Assembly: GCA_963811105.1 (NCBI GenBank)
Contig: CAWEPZ010000009.1
Span: 32,001 to 96,000 of the forward strand
Direction of reading: 5' to 3'
Source of the DNA: Candidatus Bathyarchaeota archaeon
GTDB taxonomy: Archaea > Thermoproteota > Bathyarchaeia > Bathyarchaeales > Bathycorpusculaceae
Length of the DNA: 64,000 nucleotides
Part shown: piece by piece, positions 18,519-29,891 of the stretch
How positions within the stretch are numbered: the stretch's first letter is position 1
Layout: every line of letters begins with the position of its first letter
The notes under the pieces: generated by a model
Database searches by the model: none
What the model was told of the DNA's origin: nothing
The model's input: the letters and a program-made list of their open reading frames with translations, nothing else
Made by a program: the position numbers and the translations under genes

Positions 18519-19220
18519 TCATGGATATCCTGTAAAGTATTCCTGTTTCATCTGTGTTTTCGGTAATCCAATGCCTTCGATTAACATTTCCATGGCTTTA
18601 ACCATCGGCGGCGGTCCACATGTATAAAATACGTTTTCTTTGTAATCAGGCAACTCCTGTTTAATCAAGTCAGCAGTAACAACGCCGGTTGCACCTTTCC
18701 ATTGACTGCTAGCTTGATCAAGTATGAAAACCAATTTTAAATTCTTGTTCACTTTCTGCATATTTTCAAGTTCTTGTCGGAACACAATGTCATTTTCTGT
18801 GCGGCAGCCATAAAACAATGTAATCGTTGAATTCAAGCTCATATCTGTAGCATATTTGCAGATGCTAACGAAAGGAGTTATGCCTATGCCTCCAGCAAGC
18901 AATGCTATTTTTGGGTATTCCCCTTTAAAAGTGAACTGCCCATATGGAGCATCTATTCTTGCCCAATCGCCCTCTTTGGCGGCTCTTAGAGCTATTGAAT
19001 ATTCGTGGTCGGTAAATTTTTTTGTAAATTCAAAGTATTCTTTTTCTGTTGGGCTGCTGCTGAAACTAAAATGGTGAGTTAACTCTTTGTCGTCCTGTCT
19101 TATGGTTACAACGAAGAATTGCCCTGGCATGTAAGATAGATCCAACGGTTTTGGAAATCTGTAGCTGCTTATGTCTGCTGTTCTGGGGATTACTTGTTTA
19201 ATTTGTGTTTCGAACTTCAT
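18519..19220 (-). CDS. Ferredoxin-NADP reductase-like FAD/NAD(P)-binding oxidoreductase
   Basis: PGQF, FSFSSSP, PYGQF, AGGIGITPF, YTCGPPPMV. Confidence 0.9.
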   Translation of the reverse strand: MKFETQIKQVIPRTADISSYRFPKPLDLSYMPGQFFVVTIRQDDKELTHHFSFSSSPTEKEYFEFTKKFTDHEYSIALRAAKEGDWARIDAPYGQFTFKGEYPKIALLAGGIGITPFVSICKYATDMSLNSTITLFYGCRTENDIVFRQELENMQKVNKNLKLVFILDQASSQWKGATGVVTADLIKQELPDYKENVFYTCGPPPMVKAMEMLIEGIGLPKTQMKQEYFTGYP

Positions 19221-19374
19221 GGAAATCAGTTACCTTTTTAGAAACTGCAGAATTTTAGTATGTTTACCGTTACAATAAACTTTGCGGCTAAGTCTTTCTA
19301 TATTCTTTATATGTAAGTTCATAAATTTAAGCAAGTTTGTAAGCCATAACTTTAGGAAGAAAGGGTAGAAAAGA

Positions 19375-22155
19375 ATGCTGACACCAAAAAAATGGCATTC
19401 ACTTAGTACGCAAGAAGTCTTGACTAAACTTGATTCTGGCCCTAATGGATTAACCCTTCAAGAAGCTGAGAGGCGTCTCGAAGTTTATGGACCCAACGAG
19501 CTGAAGAAGCAGAAAGGAAGATCGTCCTTCAAACTTCTGTTTGAACAATTTACCGATGTGCTTATGGTTATCTTGTTAATAGCCATCGGGCTTTCGTTTG
19601 CTGTGGGTGAAGCAACCGACGCCGCAATCATCTTAGCTATCGTGATTGCAAGCGCAGCTTTGGGGTTCACTCAAGAATATCGTAGTGAAAAAGCCGTTGA
19701 AGCGCTCAAAAAGATGACTGCCCCCACTGCTAATGTTCTCCGTGATGGAAAAGAAATGAAGGTTCCCGCCTCCCAGCTGATTCCTGGAGATATAATCCTG
19801 CTTTATACTGGCGACAAAGTTCCCGCTGATGCAAGACTAATTGAAGTCTTCACTTTAAAGGCGGATGAAGCATCGTTAACTGGAGAATCAGCTCCGGTTA
19901 ACAAGTTTACAGCAGAAGTGGCTGAACAAACCCAACTGAATGATAGACGTAACATGGTTTTTATGGGTACAATCATCGCTTACGGAAGAGGTAAAGCCGT
20001 CGTCACTGAGAGCGGCATGAATACTGAATTTGGTAAAATCGCTGAGATGGTTCAAGCTACGCCTCAGGAGCACACCCCATTGGAAAAGCGGTTGGCAGGT
20101 GTTGGTAAGTGGATAGGCATCTTAGTCATAGTCATTGCGCTCAGCGTAGGAGTTGTTGGAACAGTGGTTGAGCATCGTCCCATTGTCGATATGATACTAT
20201 GGGCTGTCAGTCTCGCTGTTGCTGCCGTTCCGGAAGCATTGCCCGCCATTGTGACCGGAGCCCTGGCTATAGGCATGTATCGCATGGCTAAAGTTAACAC
20301 TATAGTTAAACGGTTGCCTGCTGTGGAAACGCTTGGAAGCACCAGCGTCATTTGCAGCGACAAAACAGGAACTATGACTAAAGGCGAAATGACAGTTCAA
20401 CAAATCTACGTTAACAATCAATCGATAAAAGTAACAGGAATAGGATACGCTCCAACAGGCGAGTTCCAACTTGAAAATAAACCAGTCTCGCCTGAGGACC
20501 GCGTTAAAATTCTCCTAAAAGCCGCTGTTTTATGCAACGACTCAAACATTGAAAGCGACGTGAAAACAGGCGCCTGGGCCGTTAAAGGTGACCCTACCGA
20601 GGGCGCATTAATAGTTGTCGCAAGAAAAGCAGGCATCAGCAAAGAAGAGCTTGAAGCGCAAGAGCCAAGAATAGCTGAAATCCCCTTCTCTTCTGAAAGA
20701 AAACGCATGACCACCATCCACGATTCAAACGGCAAAAAAATCGCCTACATGAAAGGCGCCCCCGAAATAATCTTAGAACGTTGCAACAAAATCTTCTTAG
20801 ACGGAAAAGTGCAGCCGCTAAACAATGAAATTGTCGCTAAGCATCATAAAGTTACAGAAGCAATGGCTCTTCAAGCGTTAAGAAACTTGGGTTTTGCCTA
20901 CAAAGAATTTCCAAACGAAACGAGCAAATTCGATGAGACGCTTGAACATGACTTTGTTTTCGTTGGCATCATGGGCATGATTGATCCGCCTCGCCCTGAA
21001 GTCAGAGATGCCATCGGTATATGTAGGAACGCTGGAATTCGCGTTGTAATGATTACAGGCGACCACAAACTTACCGCGATAGCCGTAGCGAAGGAATTGC
21101 GCTTGCTCGGCGAAAAAGAAGATAACCGTGTACTAACAGGCAAAGAACTTGAAGAAATGACCGATGACCAATTGGCCTCGGTTGTTGAGAAAGTGGTTGT
21201 TTACGCGAGGGTGTCGCCTGAACATAAAATGCGAATTATCAAAGCTTGGAAGAAAAAAGATGAAGTAGTAGCGATGACAGGTGACGGCGTAAACGATGCT
21301 CCAGCCTTGAAGATGAGCGACATAGGTATAGCCATGGGCATAACAGGCACCGAAGTTACAAAGGAAGCCGCAGACATGATATTGGCAGATGACAACTTTG
21401 CAAGCATTGTAAAGGCTGTTAAAGAAGGCAGAGAAATCTACGAAAACATCAAAAAATACCTTACTTACCTTCTGCAATGTAACATAATGGAAATTCTTGT
21501 AATATTCTTCGCCGTAGTTAGTGTTCCCTATTTGGCTCGATTATTTACGTCAAATCCTGACGCTAGCTTAGTGAGCAGCGCTGGAATTGCATTGACAGCT
21601 GTGCAGCTTCTTTGGGTAAACTTGGTTACCGATGGCTTACCCGCTATTGCTTTAGGCGTTGACCCCGGTGACCCAGATTTGATGCAACGAAAACCACGCA
21701 AACCTAAGGAAAGCCTGTTTAGCAGAGACGTGAAAATTTACCTTACAGCAATGCCCATCTTCATGGCTGTTCTATTACTGCTCGCATTTTTTTCAAACAC
21801 ACCTTGGGTAAACTCATTCCAGCTGGCAGAGGCTCGAACACAACTGTTTACCGCCATGGTCATGATGGAATTAGCAGTAGCATTATCCTCTCGTTCATTA
21901 AAGTACCCCGTATTAAAGGTAGGACTATTCAAGAACAAGTTCCTCTGGATTGCCGTAATTTCTTCATTTGCTCTGCAATTATTCGTGCTCTACACGCCAG
22001 GAATACAAACTCTTTTCAACGTTCACATGCCTGAGTTGAATGACTGGATCATCGCTATATTATTTGCATCTGCTGTATTTGCCGTTCTGGAAATCGGAAA
22101 ATATTTAGCTTCCAAAACGCAACGCATCATCAGCGTTCCGCAAGCTTTAAAATAG
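19375..22155 (+). CDS. P-type ATPase, type IIA (Ca2+-transporting)
   Basis: LTGES, AVPEAL, CSDKTGT, KGAPE, MTGDGVNDAPAL, QLLWVNLVTDGLPA. Confidence 0.93.
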   Translation: MLTPKKWHSLSTQEVLTKLDSGPNGLTLQEAERRLEVYGPNELKKQKGRSSFKLLFEQFTDVLMVILLIAIGLSFAVGEATDAAIILAIVIASAALGFTQEYRSEKAVEALKKMTAPTANVLRDGKEMKVPASQLIPGDIILLYTGDKVPADARLIEVFTLKADEASLTGESAPVNKFTAEVAEQTQLNDRRNMVFMGTIIAYGRGKAVVTESGMNTEFGKIAEMVQATPQEHTPLEKRLAGVGKWIGILVIVIALSVGVVGTVVEHRPIVDMILWAVSLAVAAVPEALPAIVTGALAIGMYRMAKVNTIVKRLPAVETLGSTSVICSDKTGTMTKGEMTVQQIYVNNQSIKVTGIGYAPTGEFQLENKPVSPEDRVKILLKAAVLCNDSNIESDVKTGAWAVKGDPTEGALIVVARKAGISKEELEAQEPRIAEIPFSSERKRMTTIHDSNGKKIAYMKGAPEIILERCNKIFLDGKVQPLNNEIVAKHHKVTEAMALQALRNLGFAYKEFPNETSKFDETLEHDFVFVGIMGMIDPPRPEVRDAIGICRNAGIRVVMITGDHKLTAIAVAKELRLLGEKEDNRVLTGKELEEMTDDQLASVVEKVVVYARVSPEHKMRIIKAWKKKDEVVAMTGDGVNDAPALKMSDIGIAMGITGTEVTKEAADMILADDNFASIVKAVKEGREIYENIKKYLTYLLQCNIMEILVIFFAVVSVPYLARLFTSNPDASLVSSAGIALTAVQLLWVNLVTDGLPAIALGVDPGDPDLMQRKPRKPKESLFSRDVKIYLTAMPIFMAVLLLLAFFSNTPWVNSFQLAEARTQLFTAMVMMELAVALSSRSLKYPVLKVGLFKNKFLWIAVISSFALQLFVLYTPGIQTLFNVHMPELNDWIIAILFASAVFAVLEIGKYLASKTQRIISVPQALK

Positions 22156-22201
22156 AAAACATCGCATTGAAGTGTTAAAAAAACCTTCGGAGAAACACTA
22201 A

Positions 22202-22804
22202 ATGAGCAATGAACTTATAACAAAACTAGCAAACCCTGCACCGCTAGGATTACTCGGCTTTGGCATAACAACTGTTCTGTTGAACTTGGTTAACGCTGGC
22301 GCTTTTCCGGCAGACACTATGATTCTTGCCATGGGTTTGGCTTACGGTGGATTAGCACAGGTTATCGTTGGAATCATGGAGTTTAGAAAAGGCAATACGT
22401 TTGGGTTAGTAGCTTTCATGTCTTATGGTTTGTTCTGGTGGAGTCTAGTGCTACTTTTGGTTTTACCGCAGCTTTCCTTCTTCAGCGGATTCAGCGCTCC
22501 AACTAATGCTGCAATGGCGGCCTACTTTACGATGTGGGGAATCTTTACTTTCGGCATGTTCTTCGGTACATTAAAAGCTAATCGGGCACTCCAGTTTGTC
22601 TTCATAAGTTTAACAATACTATTCTTCATGCTAACTATAAGAGAGCTAACTGGCAACCCAGTCCTTACTGGAACAATAACATTCAACACAATTACCGGCA
22701 TTGAAGGCGTCATTTGCGGCTTAAGCGCAGTATATCTTGGAATAGCTGAAGTCATAAACGAAACGAACCAAAAAACGGTGCTTCCCATTTGCCCAGTAAA
22801 GTAA
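22202..22804 (+). CDS. satP: Acetate uptake transporter (SatP/GPR1/FUN34/YaaH)
   Basis: [12 protein letters not shown] signature, YGGLAQ, GNTFG, six TM helices. Confidence 0.92.
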   Translation: MSNELITKLANPAPLGLLGFGITTVLLNLVNAGAFPADTMILAMGLAYGGLAQVIVGIMEFRKGNTFGLVAFMSYGLFWWSLVLLLVLPQLSFFSGFSAPTNAAMAAYFTMWGIFTFGMFFGTLKANRALQFVFISLTILFFMLTIRELTGNPVLTGTITFNTITGIEGVICGLSAVYLGIAEVINETNQKTVLPICPVK

Positions 22805-22860
22805 AATAGCTAAATTCTTTTTCTATTTCTTGCAATTTTTCCGCAAAAACTTATATTCTA

Positions 22861-24858
22861 ATGTATGATAGCTCTTCAAGCAAATTTAAGGTTGAGACAA
22901 TGTCGGAATCTAGTTTACCATTTAACGAAAAATTTAGCCCAAGTGGCGCAAAAATTTCTTCTGGAGATAAGCGCAAAAAAGATTGGGAAAATTCAATAAA
23001 AAACCCAGAGGAGTACTGGGCAGAAAAAGCCAAAGCCATTGACTGGTATAAACCATTCAATACAGTGCTTGATGACTCAGACGCGCCTTTTTACAAGTGG
23101 TTCCCTGATGGCGAACTAAATATTTCGTATAATGCCCTAGATAGACACGTAAATGGTGGCCGCAAAAACAAACTTGCCTATATTTGGGAAGGCGAAATGG
23201 GCGAAGTAAAAACTTACACTTACTATCAACTTTATCGTGAAGTAAACAAACTTGCGAAAGCCCTGAAGGACTTAGGCATCCAAAAAGGCGACCGCGTCGC
23301 AGTTTTCCTGCCCGTTATCCCTGAGCTGCCAATAACTCTGCTAGCTACGGCAAGAATAGGCGGAGTTCACGCAGTAGTGTTCTCAGGATTTAGTGCTGAA
23401 GCATTGGCTGACAGAGTAAACGACTGTGGAGCAAAAATCCTAGTCACCTCAGACGGGTCTTTCCGAAGGGGAAAACCAGTTGCCATCAAAGATACTGCTG
23501 ACCGAGCATTACCAAACTTACCCACAGTTGAAAAAGTTATTGTCGTCAAGCGAACTGGTCAAGCTGTTCAGATGAAGGAAGGCAGAGACATATGGTACCA
23601 GGACGCCCTTGCCAATGCGGGTCCAAATGCATATGTTAAACCAGAAAGTTTGAAATCCACAGACCCCTTATTTATACTTTATACTTCTGGAACAACAGGA
23701 AAACCAAAAGGTGTTCAACATGGAACTGGCGGCTACCTTGTTTGGGCTTACTGGACACTAAAATGGGCTTTTAACCCAACTGACGAGGATATCTATTGGT
23801 GCGTTGCGGACATAGGCTGGATTACAGGACACACATACAATGTCTACGCTCCATTGAGTATGGGCATAACAGCGTTTCTCTTTGAAGGCACGCCTGATTA
23901 CCCAGCACAAGACCGATGGTGGGATATTATTGAAAGACACGGCATAACCATCCTTTATGGGACACCAACTGCAGTCCGGATGTTCATGAAATTCGGCGAG
24001 TCATTAGTACTAAAACATGACCTTAGCAGCTTACGCATCTTAGGCACTGTCGGTGAACCGATAAACCCTGAAGCGTGGAAATGGTATTATCGCGTAGTAG
24101 GTAAAGAGAAACTTGCAATAATTGACACTTGGTGGCAGACAGAAACGGGCGGATTCATGATTTCACCAGCTTCAGGTATAGAACTCACTCCACTCAAACC
24201 AGGTTCAGCAACATTCCCATTACCTTCCATCGACGCTGTCATCTACGATGAAAAAGGACAGCCCGTCCCAGCCGGCACCAAAGGTGTTCTAGTTATAAAA
24301 TCACCTTGGCCAGGAATGCTGCAAACTCTTTGGAAAGACCCAGAACGGTTCAAGCAAACTTACTTTGGCAGATGGCCAGGAATCTATTACTCTGGCGATT
24401 ACGCAGTTAAAGACACTGAAGGCTACTTCTGGTTACTCGGCAGATCAGATGAAGTTCTGAAAGTTGCAGGACATCGCATAGGCACAGTGGAACTTGAAAG
24501 CGCATTAGTGGCACACCCATCCGTCTCTGAAGCGGCAGTAATGGGCAAAGAAGACCCCATCAAAGGCGAAGTTCCAGTTGCATTCGTAGTATTGCGAAGC
24601 GGCTTCACACCATCGGATGAACTGAGAACTGAACTCATAAAGCACGTAAGAAACACAATTGGACCTATAGCAACTCCGGAAGCTGTTGTATTTGTTAACA
24701 AAATGCCAAAAACACGAAGCGGCAAAATCATGCGCAGGCTCCTCAAAGCCGTGCTATCAGGAGCGCCACTGGGCGACACATCAACAATTGAAGACGAAGG
24801 TTCAATTGAAGACATAAAAGCAACCTACAACGACCTGCGAAAGCAGCTAACCAAATAG
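22861..24858 (+). CDS. acs: AMP-forming acetyl-CoA synthetase (likely start ATG 22900)
   Basis: YTSGTTGKPKG, ADIGWITGHTY, DTWWQTETGG, PKTRSGKIMRRLL. Confidence 0.95.
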   Translation: MYDSSSSKFKVETMSESSLPFNEKFSPSGAKISSGDKRKKDWENSIKNPEEYWAEKAKAIDWYKPFNTVLDDSDAPFYKWFPDGELNISYNALDRHVNGGRKNKLAYIWEGEMGEVKTYTYYQLYREVNKLAKALKDLGIQKGDRVAVFLPVIPELPITLLATARIGGVHAVVFSGFSAEALADRVNDCGAKILVTSDGSFRRGKPVAIKDTADRALPNLPTVEKVIVVKRTGQAVQMKEGRDIWYQDALANAGPNAYVKPESLKSTDPLFILYTSGTTGKPKGVQHGTGGYLVWAYWTLKWAFNPTDEDIYWCVADIGWITGHTYNVYAPLSMGITAFLFEGTPDYPAQDRWWDIIERHGITILYGTPTAVRMFMKFGESLVLKHDLSSLRILGTVGEPINPEAWKWYYRVVGKEKLAIIDTWWQTETGGFMISPASGIELTPLKPGSATFPLPSIDAVIYDEKGQPVPAGTKGVLVIKSPWPGMLQTLWKDPERFKQTYFGRWPGIYYSGDYAVKDTEGYFWLLGRSDEVLKVAGHRIGTVELESALVAHPSVSEAAVMGKEDPIKGEVPVAFVVLRSGFTPSDELRTELIKHVRNTIGPIATPEAVVFVNKMPKTRSGKIMRRLLKAVLSGAPLGDTSTIEDEGSIEDIKATYNDLRKQLTK

Positions 24859-24977
24859 TTCCCTTTTTTGTTTCTATTTTTTTGATTTCCTCAATTTTGA
24901 TGGAGAAAATCAACAAGTTTTTTTGCTTTAAGTGTCTTTAGCCAACTAAAGCAAACTACGTGCTTCATCAAACCATC

Positions 24978-25009
24978 TAGACAGCAAAAATAATAGACAG
25001 CAAAAATAA
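24978..25009 (+). repeat. 16-bp tandem duplication between convergent acs and dnaJ
   Basis: TAGACAGCAAAAATAA twice. Confidence 0.85.
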
Positions 25010-25024
25010 TGGAAAAAGAGCTTT

Positions 25025-26140
25025 CTACAAGTGGAATTTTCGGTTTTTTGATTGTACGTCAGAACCAAATTCTTTGGCTAACTGTTCCAGAAGCCCTCGC
25101 TGCTGGTCCGTTAGTTTTTCTGGGACCGAAATTCCTATACGTACCATTAAGTCGCCTCTCCCATAAGACCTGAACCGTGGCATGCCTTTCCCCCTTAGAG
25201 TTATAACTTCGCCAATTTGAGTTCCTGGATGAATTCTAACAGTTGTTTGTCCTTCAAGCGTCGGAACAGAAATTTCTGCGCCTAAGGCTGCTTGTGGATA
25301 AGTAATAATAGAAACATGCCAAAGGTCATCTCCTTCCCGCATGAACTGCTGATTAGGCTTAACATGAACGACCACATAAAGGTCACCTGCTTCCCCACCG
25401 TTAGGGGCCATTTCCCCTTCACCTCTTAGCCTAAGCTGGTTGCCTTCATCTATGCCCGCTGGGATGTGTACGCTGATTTTTCTTCGTTTCCTAACCAATC
25501 CTGAGCCACGACAGTTATTGCATGGTGTCTCAATCAATCTGCCTTTACCTCTGCATGTCGGACAAGCTACAACCTGCACATACATGGCAAAGCTGCTTCT
25601 GTGTTGTACCTGGACTTGACCTGAACCTCCGCATCTCGGACAAACCTTGGCTGACGTTCCTGGAGCTGCTCCGGAACCACCGCACACATCACATCTTTCT
25701 GTGCGAGGAATTTCTATTTCTTTTTCTGCTCCTTTAGCGGATTCTTCCAAAGTTATTTCCAGGTCATAAGCCAAATCTTGGCCTACGTTGTTTCTCTCAG
25801 CGCCCCCAAATCCTCCACCGCCAAAAAATGTTCGGAAAATGTCGCCAAAACCCATATCTCTAAAAACACTATCGAAGTCGGCACCTCTGAAAATGTCTTC
25901 TTGCCTATATCTTTGGTCAAATCCTGAATGGCCTAAGGTATCGTATTGTTGTCTTTTTTGGTCATCAGAGAGAACTGCGTAGGCTTCGCTGATTTCTTTG
26001 AATTTTTCTTCTGCTCCGGTCTCTTTGTTGCGGTCTGGATGAAATTGCATTGCGAGTTTTCGGTAAGTGTCTTTGATTTCGTCTTTTGATGCGTTACGCT
26101 GAACGCCGAGAATTTCGTAGTAGTCTCTTTTTTCAGCCAT
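25025..26140 (-). CDS. dnaJ: Chaperone DnaJ
   Basis: J domain with HPD, G/F region, four CxxCxGxG repeats. Confidence 0.97.
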   Translation of the reverse strand: MAEKRDYYEILGVQRNASKDEIKDTYRKLAMQFHPDRNKETGAEEKFKEISEAYAVLSDDQKRQQYDTLGHSGFDQRYRQEDIFRGADFDSVFRDMGFGDIFRTFFGGGGFGGAERNNVGQDLAYDLEITLEESAKGAEKEIEIPRTERCDVCGGSGAAPGTSAKVCPRCGGSGQVQVQHRSSFAMYVQVVACPTCRGKGRLIETPCNNCRGSGLVRKRRKISVHIPAGIDEGNQLRLRGEGEMAPNGGEAGDLYVVVHVKPNQQFMREGDDLWHVSIITYPQAALGAEISVPTLEGQTTVRIHPGTQIGEVITLRGKGMPRFRSYGRGDLMVRIGISVPEKLTDQQRGLLEQLAKEFGSDVQSKNRKFHL

Positions 26141-26275
26141 CAGTTATTTACCTAAATTAACATTTTTTTATTGACTTAAAGTATGCTGTATAGACTGGGA
26201 TTTATACCATTTCCTGTTTTTCGCACAGTTTTCTGGTTCAAAGAAGTTTAAAAAATGAAAGAAAAGGAGATGTGA

Positions 26276-28192
26276 CTATTTTACTTTATAGTCTTCTGAA
26301 TCAACCACTTTTTCTTCGCCAGAAGTCTCGGGGCCTGGCGCGCCGCTTGGAGGCATCTCTGGACCAGCTTGTGGTCCTTGGCCTGGTTGTTGTTGCCCCT
26401 GCTGTTTGGCATATTCTGAGGCTGCTTGCTGGTAAACCTTAGTTCCAACGTCCTGCAACACTTTTTGAAGTACGTCTGATTTTGCCTTAACCTGTGCCAT
26501 ATCATTGCTAGCTAAAGCGTTTTTGAGTTCTGTTACGGCTGCATCGATTTTGCCAGTTTCTTCAGGTGTGATTTTTCCTGTAAGGTCTGTCTTTGTTCTT
26601 TCAGCCGTGTAAACTAAGCTGTCAGCAGTGTTTCGTATTTCAGCTTCCTCTCTTTTCTTTTTGTCTTGTTCCGCGAACTGCTCGGCGTCTTTGATTAATC
26701 GGTCCTTTTCCTCTTTTGAAAGCTTTGTGGATGCGGTGATGCGAATTTTTGATTCTTTTCCTGTGCCCAGATCTTTGGCGGTTACATTCATTATTCCGTT
26801 TGAGTCTATATCAAAAGTTACCTCTATTTGTGGAACGCCTCGGGGTGCTGGAGGCAAATCTACTAGATTAAACATGCCGAGGGAAACGTTGTCGCCTGCC
26901 ATTGCACGTTCGCCTTGAAGTACATGGATGGTGACGGCTGTTTGGAAGTCTGCTGCTGTGGTGAAGATTTGGCTGCGCTTCGTTGGAATAGTCGTATTCT
27001 TATCCATTACTTTGGTGAATACGCTGCCCATGGTTTCAACACCGAGTGATAATGGTGTAACGTCCAATAAGAGTAGGTCTGTGACTTCGCCAGTGATAAC
27101 TGCTGCTTGAATAGCTGCGCCTATGGCGACGCATTCCATGGGGTCGAGTCCGCGTTCAGGTGATTTGCCTAGGATTTGTTCAACGAATCTTTGAACGAGT
27201 GGCATTCGGGTCATTCCTCCGATGAGGATGATTTTGTCGATTCCTTGTGGTGTTAGTTTTGCGTCTTCAAGAGCTTTCAGAAGTGTTGGTTGTGTCCGCT
27301 GAACTATTGGCTGTGCTAACGACTCTAGTTTTGTACGTGTCAATGCAAGGTGTAGGTGTTTGGGTCCTGAAGCATCGGCTGTTAAGAATGGTAGATCAAT
27401 GTCGGTGCTCATCAGAGTCGAGAGTTCAATTTTGGCTTTTTCCGCAGCATCTTTAAGCCTTGGCATTGCCATTCTGTCACTTGAAATATCTATTCCTGTT
27501 TGACGTTTAAATTCGCCAAGAATGTAGTCCATGACTGCTTTATCAACGTCCGTTCCGCCAAGTTGAGTGTCACCGCTAGTGCTGAGCACTTGGAAAACTC
27601 CTTTGCCAAAATCCATAACTGTAACATCGTGAGTGCCGCCGCCGAAGCTGAAAACGAGGATTTTCATTTCTTGTTGCACCTTGTCTATGCCATATGCAAG
27701 GCACGCAGCTGTGGGTTCGTTGACTATTCTCATAACTTGGAATCCTGCGATTTCTCCGGCGTCTTTGGTTGCTTGGCGTTGGTTGTCGTTGAAGTGGGCT
27801 GGAACGGTGATGACTGCCTTACGCATGGTTCCGCCAAGATACGTTTCGGCGTCTTTCTTTATTTTCTGCAAAATAAAGGCTGAGATTTGCTGAGGAGTGT
27901 ACTCTTTTCCGTAAATGTTTGCTTTGTAATCGCTTCCCATTTTACGTTTTATCTCAAAAACTGTTCCTTCTGGGTTTGTGGCTGCTTGGCGCTTTGCTGG
28001 TTCACCTACTAAGAGTTGTCCGTCTTTGGTGAAGGCAACGACCGAGGGAAACATTTTTCCCGCCATCGTTGGGCCTTCAGCACTTGGAATAACCGTTGCG
28101 TGTCCGCCTTCATAAATGGCGGCCGCTGAATTGGTTGTTCCTAAGTCTATTCCTAATACTTTCTCGTTTGTTTTTTGATTTTGATTACTCAT
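26276..28192 (-). CDS. dnaK: Chaperone DnaK (Hsp70)
   Basis: [38 protein letters not shown]. Confidence 0.97.
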   Translation of the reverse strand: MSNQNQKTNEKVLGIDLGTTNSAAAIYEGGHATVIPSAEGPTMAGKMFPSVVAFTKDGQLLVGEPAKRQAATNPEGTVFEIKRKMGSDYKANIYGKEYTPQQISAFILQKIKKDAETYLGGTMRKAVITVPAHFNDNQRQATKDAGEIAGFQVMRIVNEPTAACLAYGIDKVQQEMKILVFSFGGGTHDVTVMDFGKGVFQVLSTSGDTQLGGTDVDKAVMDYILGEFKRQTGIDISSDRMAMPRLKDAAEKAKIELSTLMSTDIDLPFLTADASGPKHLHLALTRTKLESLAQPIVQRTQPTLLKALEDAKLTPQGIDKIILIGGMTRMPLVQRFVEQILGKSPERGLDPMECVAIGAAIQAAVITGEVTDLLLLDVTPLSLGVETMGSVFTKVMDKNTTIPTKRSQIFTTAADFQTAVTIHVLQGERAMAGDNVSLGMFNLVDLPPAPRGVPQIEVTFDIDSNGIMNVTAKDLGTGKESKIRITASTKLSKEEKDRLIKDAEQFAEQDKKKREEAEIRNTADSLVYTAERTKTDLTGKITPEETGKIDAAVTELKNALASNDMAQVKAKSDVLQKVLQDVGTKVYQQAASEYAKQQGQQQPGQGPQAGPEMPPSGAPGPETSGEEKVVDSEDYKVK

Positions 28193-28725
28193 TTATTTTT
28201 TTCCTCCATTTGGTTACTTTCATTCTTTTTTGGTTTTATTGATACTTTGACGATGCTGGGTCGGATTACTTTGCCCCTCATCATGTACCCTTTTCTTATT
28301 TCTTCAATCACGGTGCCATCCGCAACATCGTCTTGTTCTACAGCGGCAATAGCGTTATGCCGTGAGGGGTCAAAAACTCTTCCTTCAGAGTTATCTATTG
28401 CAGTGACACCTTCTTGCTCAAGAACTTTTCTGAGTTTCTTTAGGGTCATCTCGACTCCTTCTAACATGGATTCAGTTGAGGTTGAGATTTCACCATTCTT
28501 AACGGCTAACTCTAACTCATCAACAACTTCCAATAGCCCAGTTACCAACCGTTCCGTACAGTAATTCTTTATCTGTTCTGCTTCCCTGTCGGAGCGTTTT
28601 TTGAAGTTTTCAAGGTCAGCTTGCATGTACTTGAGTCTAGTCAAATAATCTTCTGAACGCTTTCGCTCGCCTTCCAAAAGCTGCTCCAAGTGGTCTACAG
28701 ACTGTTCTTCTTGCTCTTCAACCAT
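28189..28725 (-). CDS. grpE: Nucleotide exchange factor GrpE
   Basis: [20 protein letters not shown]...IRPSIVKV; overlaps the dnaK start. Confidence 0.95.
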   Translation of the reverse strand: MVEEQEEQSVDHLEQLLEGERKRSEDYLTRLKYMQADLENFKKRSDREAEQIKNYCTERLVTGLLEVVDELELAVKNGEISTSTESMLEGVEMTLKKLRKVLEQEGVTAIDNSEGRVFDPSRHNAIAAVEQDDVADGTVIEEIRKGYMMRGKVIRPSIVKVSIKPKKNESNQMEEKNK

Positions 28726-28751
28726 TTTGACTGATTCCTCATTGTTCTATT

Positions 28752-29168
28752 CTATGCGATGTATTTTTCCTTTTTTGATTCTCTAGACCTTGTTTGCTCA
28801 GAAGATAATGCATGAGTTTGACATTTCTGGATTTGGTTGCCTGATGCTAAATTAGATTGTTCAACGAGTTTTCTGAATATGATTTCTGCGACTTGGTCTC
28901 CTACTGCCTCTTCTTTAAGTTCAGCATTAAAGAAGTGTTTTTTGAAAGAATCCACAATCTCATTTTTGTCAACGACCACATTGGAATTTGCGCTGTCGTT
29001 CCATGCTGAAGTCATTAGTTTGTGGCCGAGTTCTATTAAGATGTTTACTAGTGTTGTGTAGTCCATGTCAAAGGGTGCGTCTCCAGTCAAGAATCTTCCT
29101 TTCGTTAATAATATTTTTTTATCGTTTTCGGGGGTTACAGTTAAACTTCTGCGCATACACTTCACCAA
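28752..29168 (-). CDS. Hypothetical protein leading the grpE-dnaK-dnaJ operon; possible ribbon-helix-helix regulator
   Basis: N-terminal RRSLTV strand followed by helices; ends 26 bp before grpE. Confidence 0.6.
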   Translation of the reverse strand: MVKCMRRSLTVTPENDKKILLTKGRFLTGDAPFDMDYTTLVNILIELGHKLMTSAWNDSANSNVVVDKNEIVDSFKKHFFNAELKEEAVGDQVAEIIFRKLVEQSNLASGNQIQKCQTHALSSEQTRSRESKKEKYIA

Positions 29169-29200
29169 TACTCAAGCGATTTTGCACCGCTTCACCTATC

Positions 29201-29226
29201 GCACACTTGTGCTTTCGCTCTTATAA
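29201..29226 (-). promoter_or_regulatory. TATA box and palindrome of the chaperone operon
   Basis: Minus strand GGAAAAC-TTATAA (29221-29226) followed by the palindrome GCACA-AG-TGTGC (29201-29212). Confidence 0.5.
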
Positions 29227-29411
29227 GTTTTCCGCACAAAGAACTCTGAAATAAGGCAAATATTGCTTGTAGTAGCTGAGTCTCAAATCATTTTGAAGAA
29301 ACCTTTTCAGTTCTCAGAAAAATTAGCCCCTGAATCTGCCATTTGGATGCCTTTTTCCAGTTTTAGACTTTAAGGTTAAAGCTTAGAAAATATCTTTTAT
29401 TGCTAAATACT

Positions 29412-29834
29412 CTATTTTTCTGGTTTTTTCTTTCCAGTTTTCTTCCATGGTCGTTTAACGGCTTCATTATCCCAGTAGGCACAACACATTCGAACAGTAA
29501 CATCCATTTTTATTTTGTCATTGTAACAAAACTTTTTGTTTGATGCATCAGCTTTAGAACCGCCTGGAAGCGTAATTAAATCCGCTTTTTTTGCTCGGTC
29601 CATCTCTTCTTCGTTTCTTGGGTCAATGCCGCCTTCCTCGTTTAGCTCTTTTAGATTTACAGGTTCCTCGTTGTTAGCAACAAATAGGCAGTTATAACAA
29701 TTAGTCCCAATAACCTTGCTTTTGTTTGGTTCTGTTTTGCTCAAAAAAATCCTCGTTAATAAGGAAATGCATTTTCGGTTATAAGTTTTTTGGACGGCGA
29801 AATCGGATGTTCTTTTTGTATATTGATTCGGCAC
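29412..29834 (-). CDS. Small Cys-rich protein with HiPIP-like motif (true start probably near 29743)
   Basis: NCYNCLF ... FC-x11-CCAYW. Confidence 0.6.
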   Translation of the reverse strand: MPNQYTKRTSDFAVQKTYNRKCISLLTRIFLSKTEPNKSKVIGTNCYNCLFVANNEEPVNLKELNEEGGIDPRNEEEMDRAKKADLITLPGGSKADASNKKFCYNDKIKMDVTVRMCCAYWDNEAVKRPWKKTGKKKPEK

Positions 29835-29891
29835 TCTTGATCCCCTTGTCTATAAAGATTTGGGCGGACCAGAAAGTGGAAATCGGCTTAA

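Noticed and set aside
17180-28564. Numerous antisense ORFs of 60-130 aa inside asnS, the P-type ATPase, acs, dnaK and grpE
   Set aside because: Shadow ORFs of well-supported genes, with no motifs of their own.
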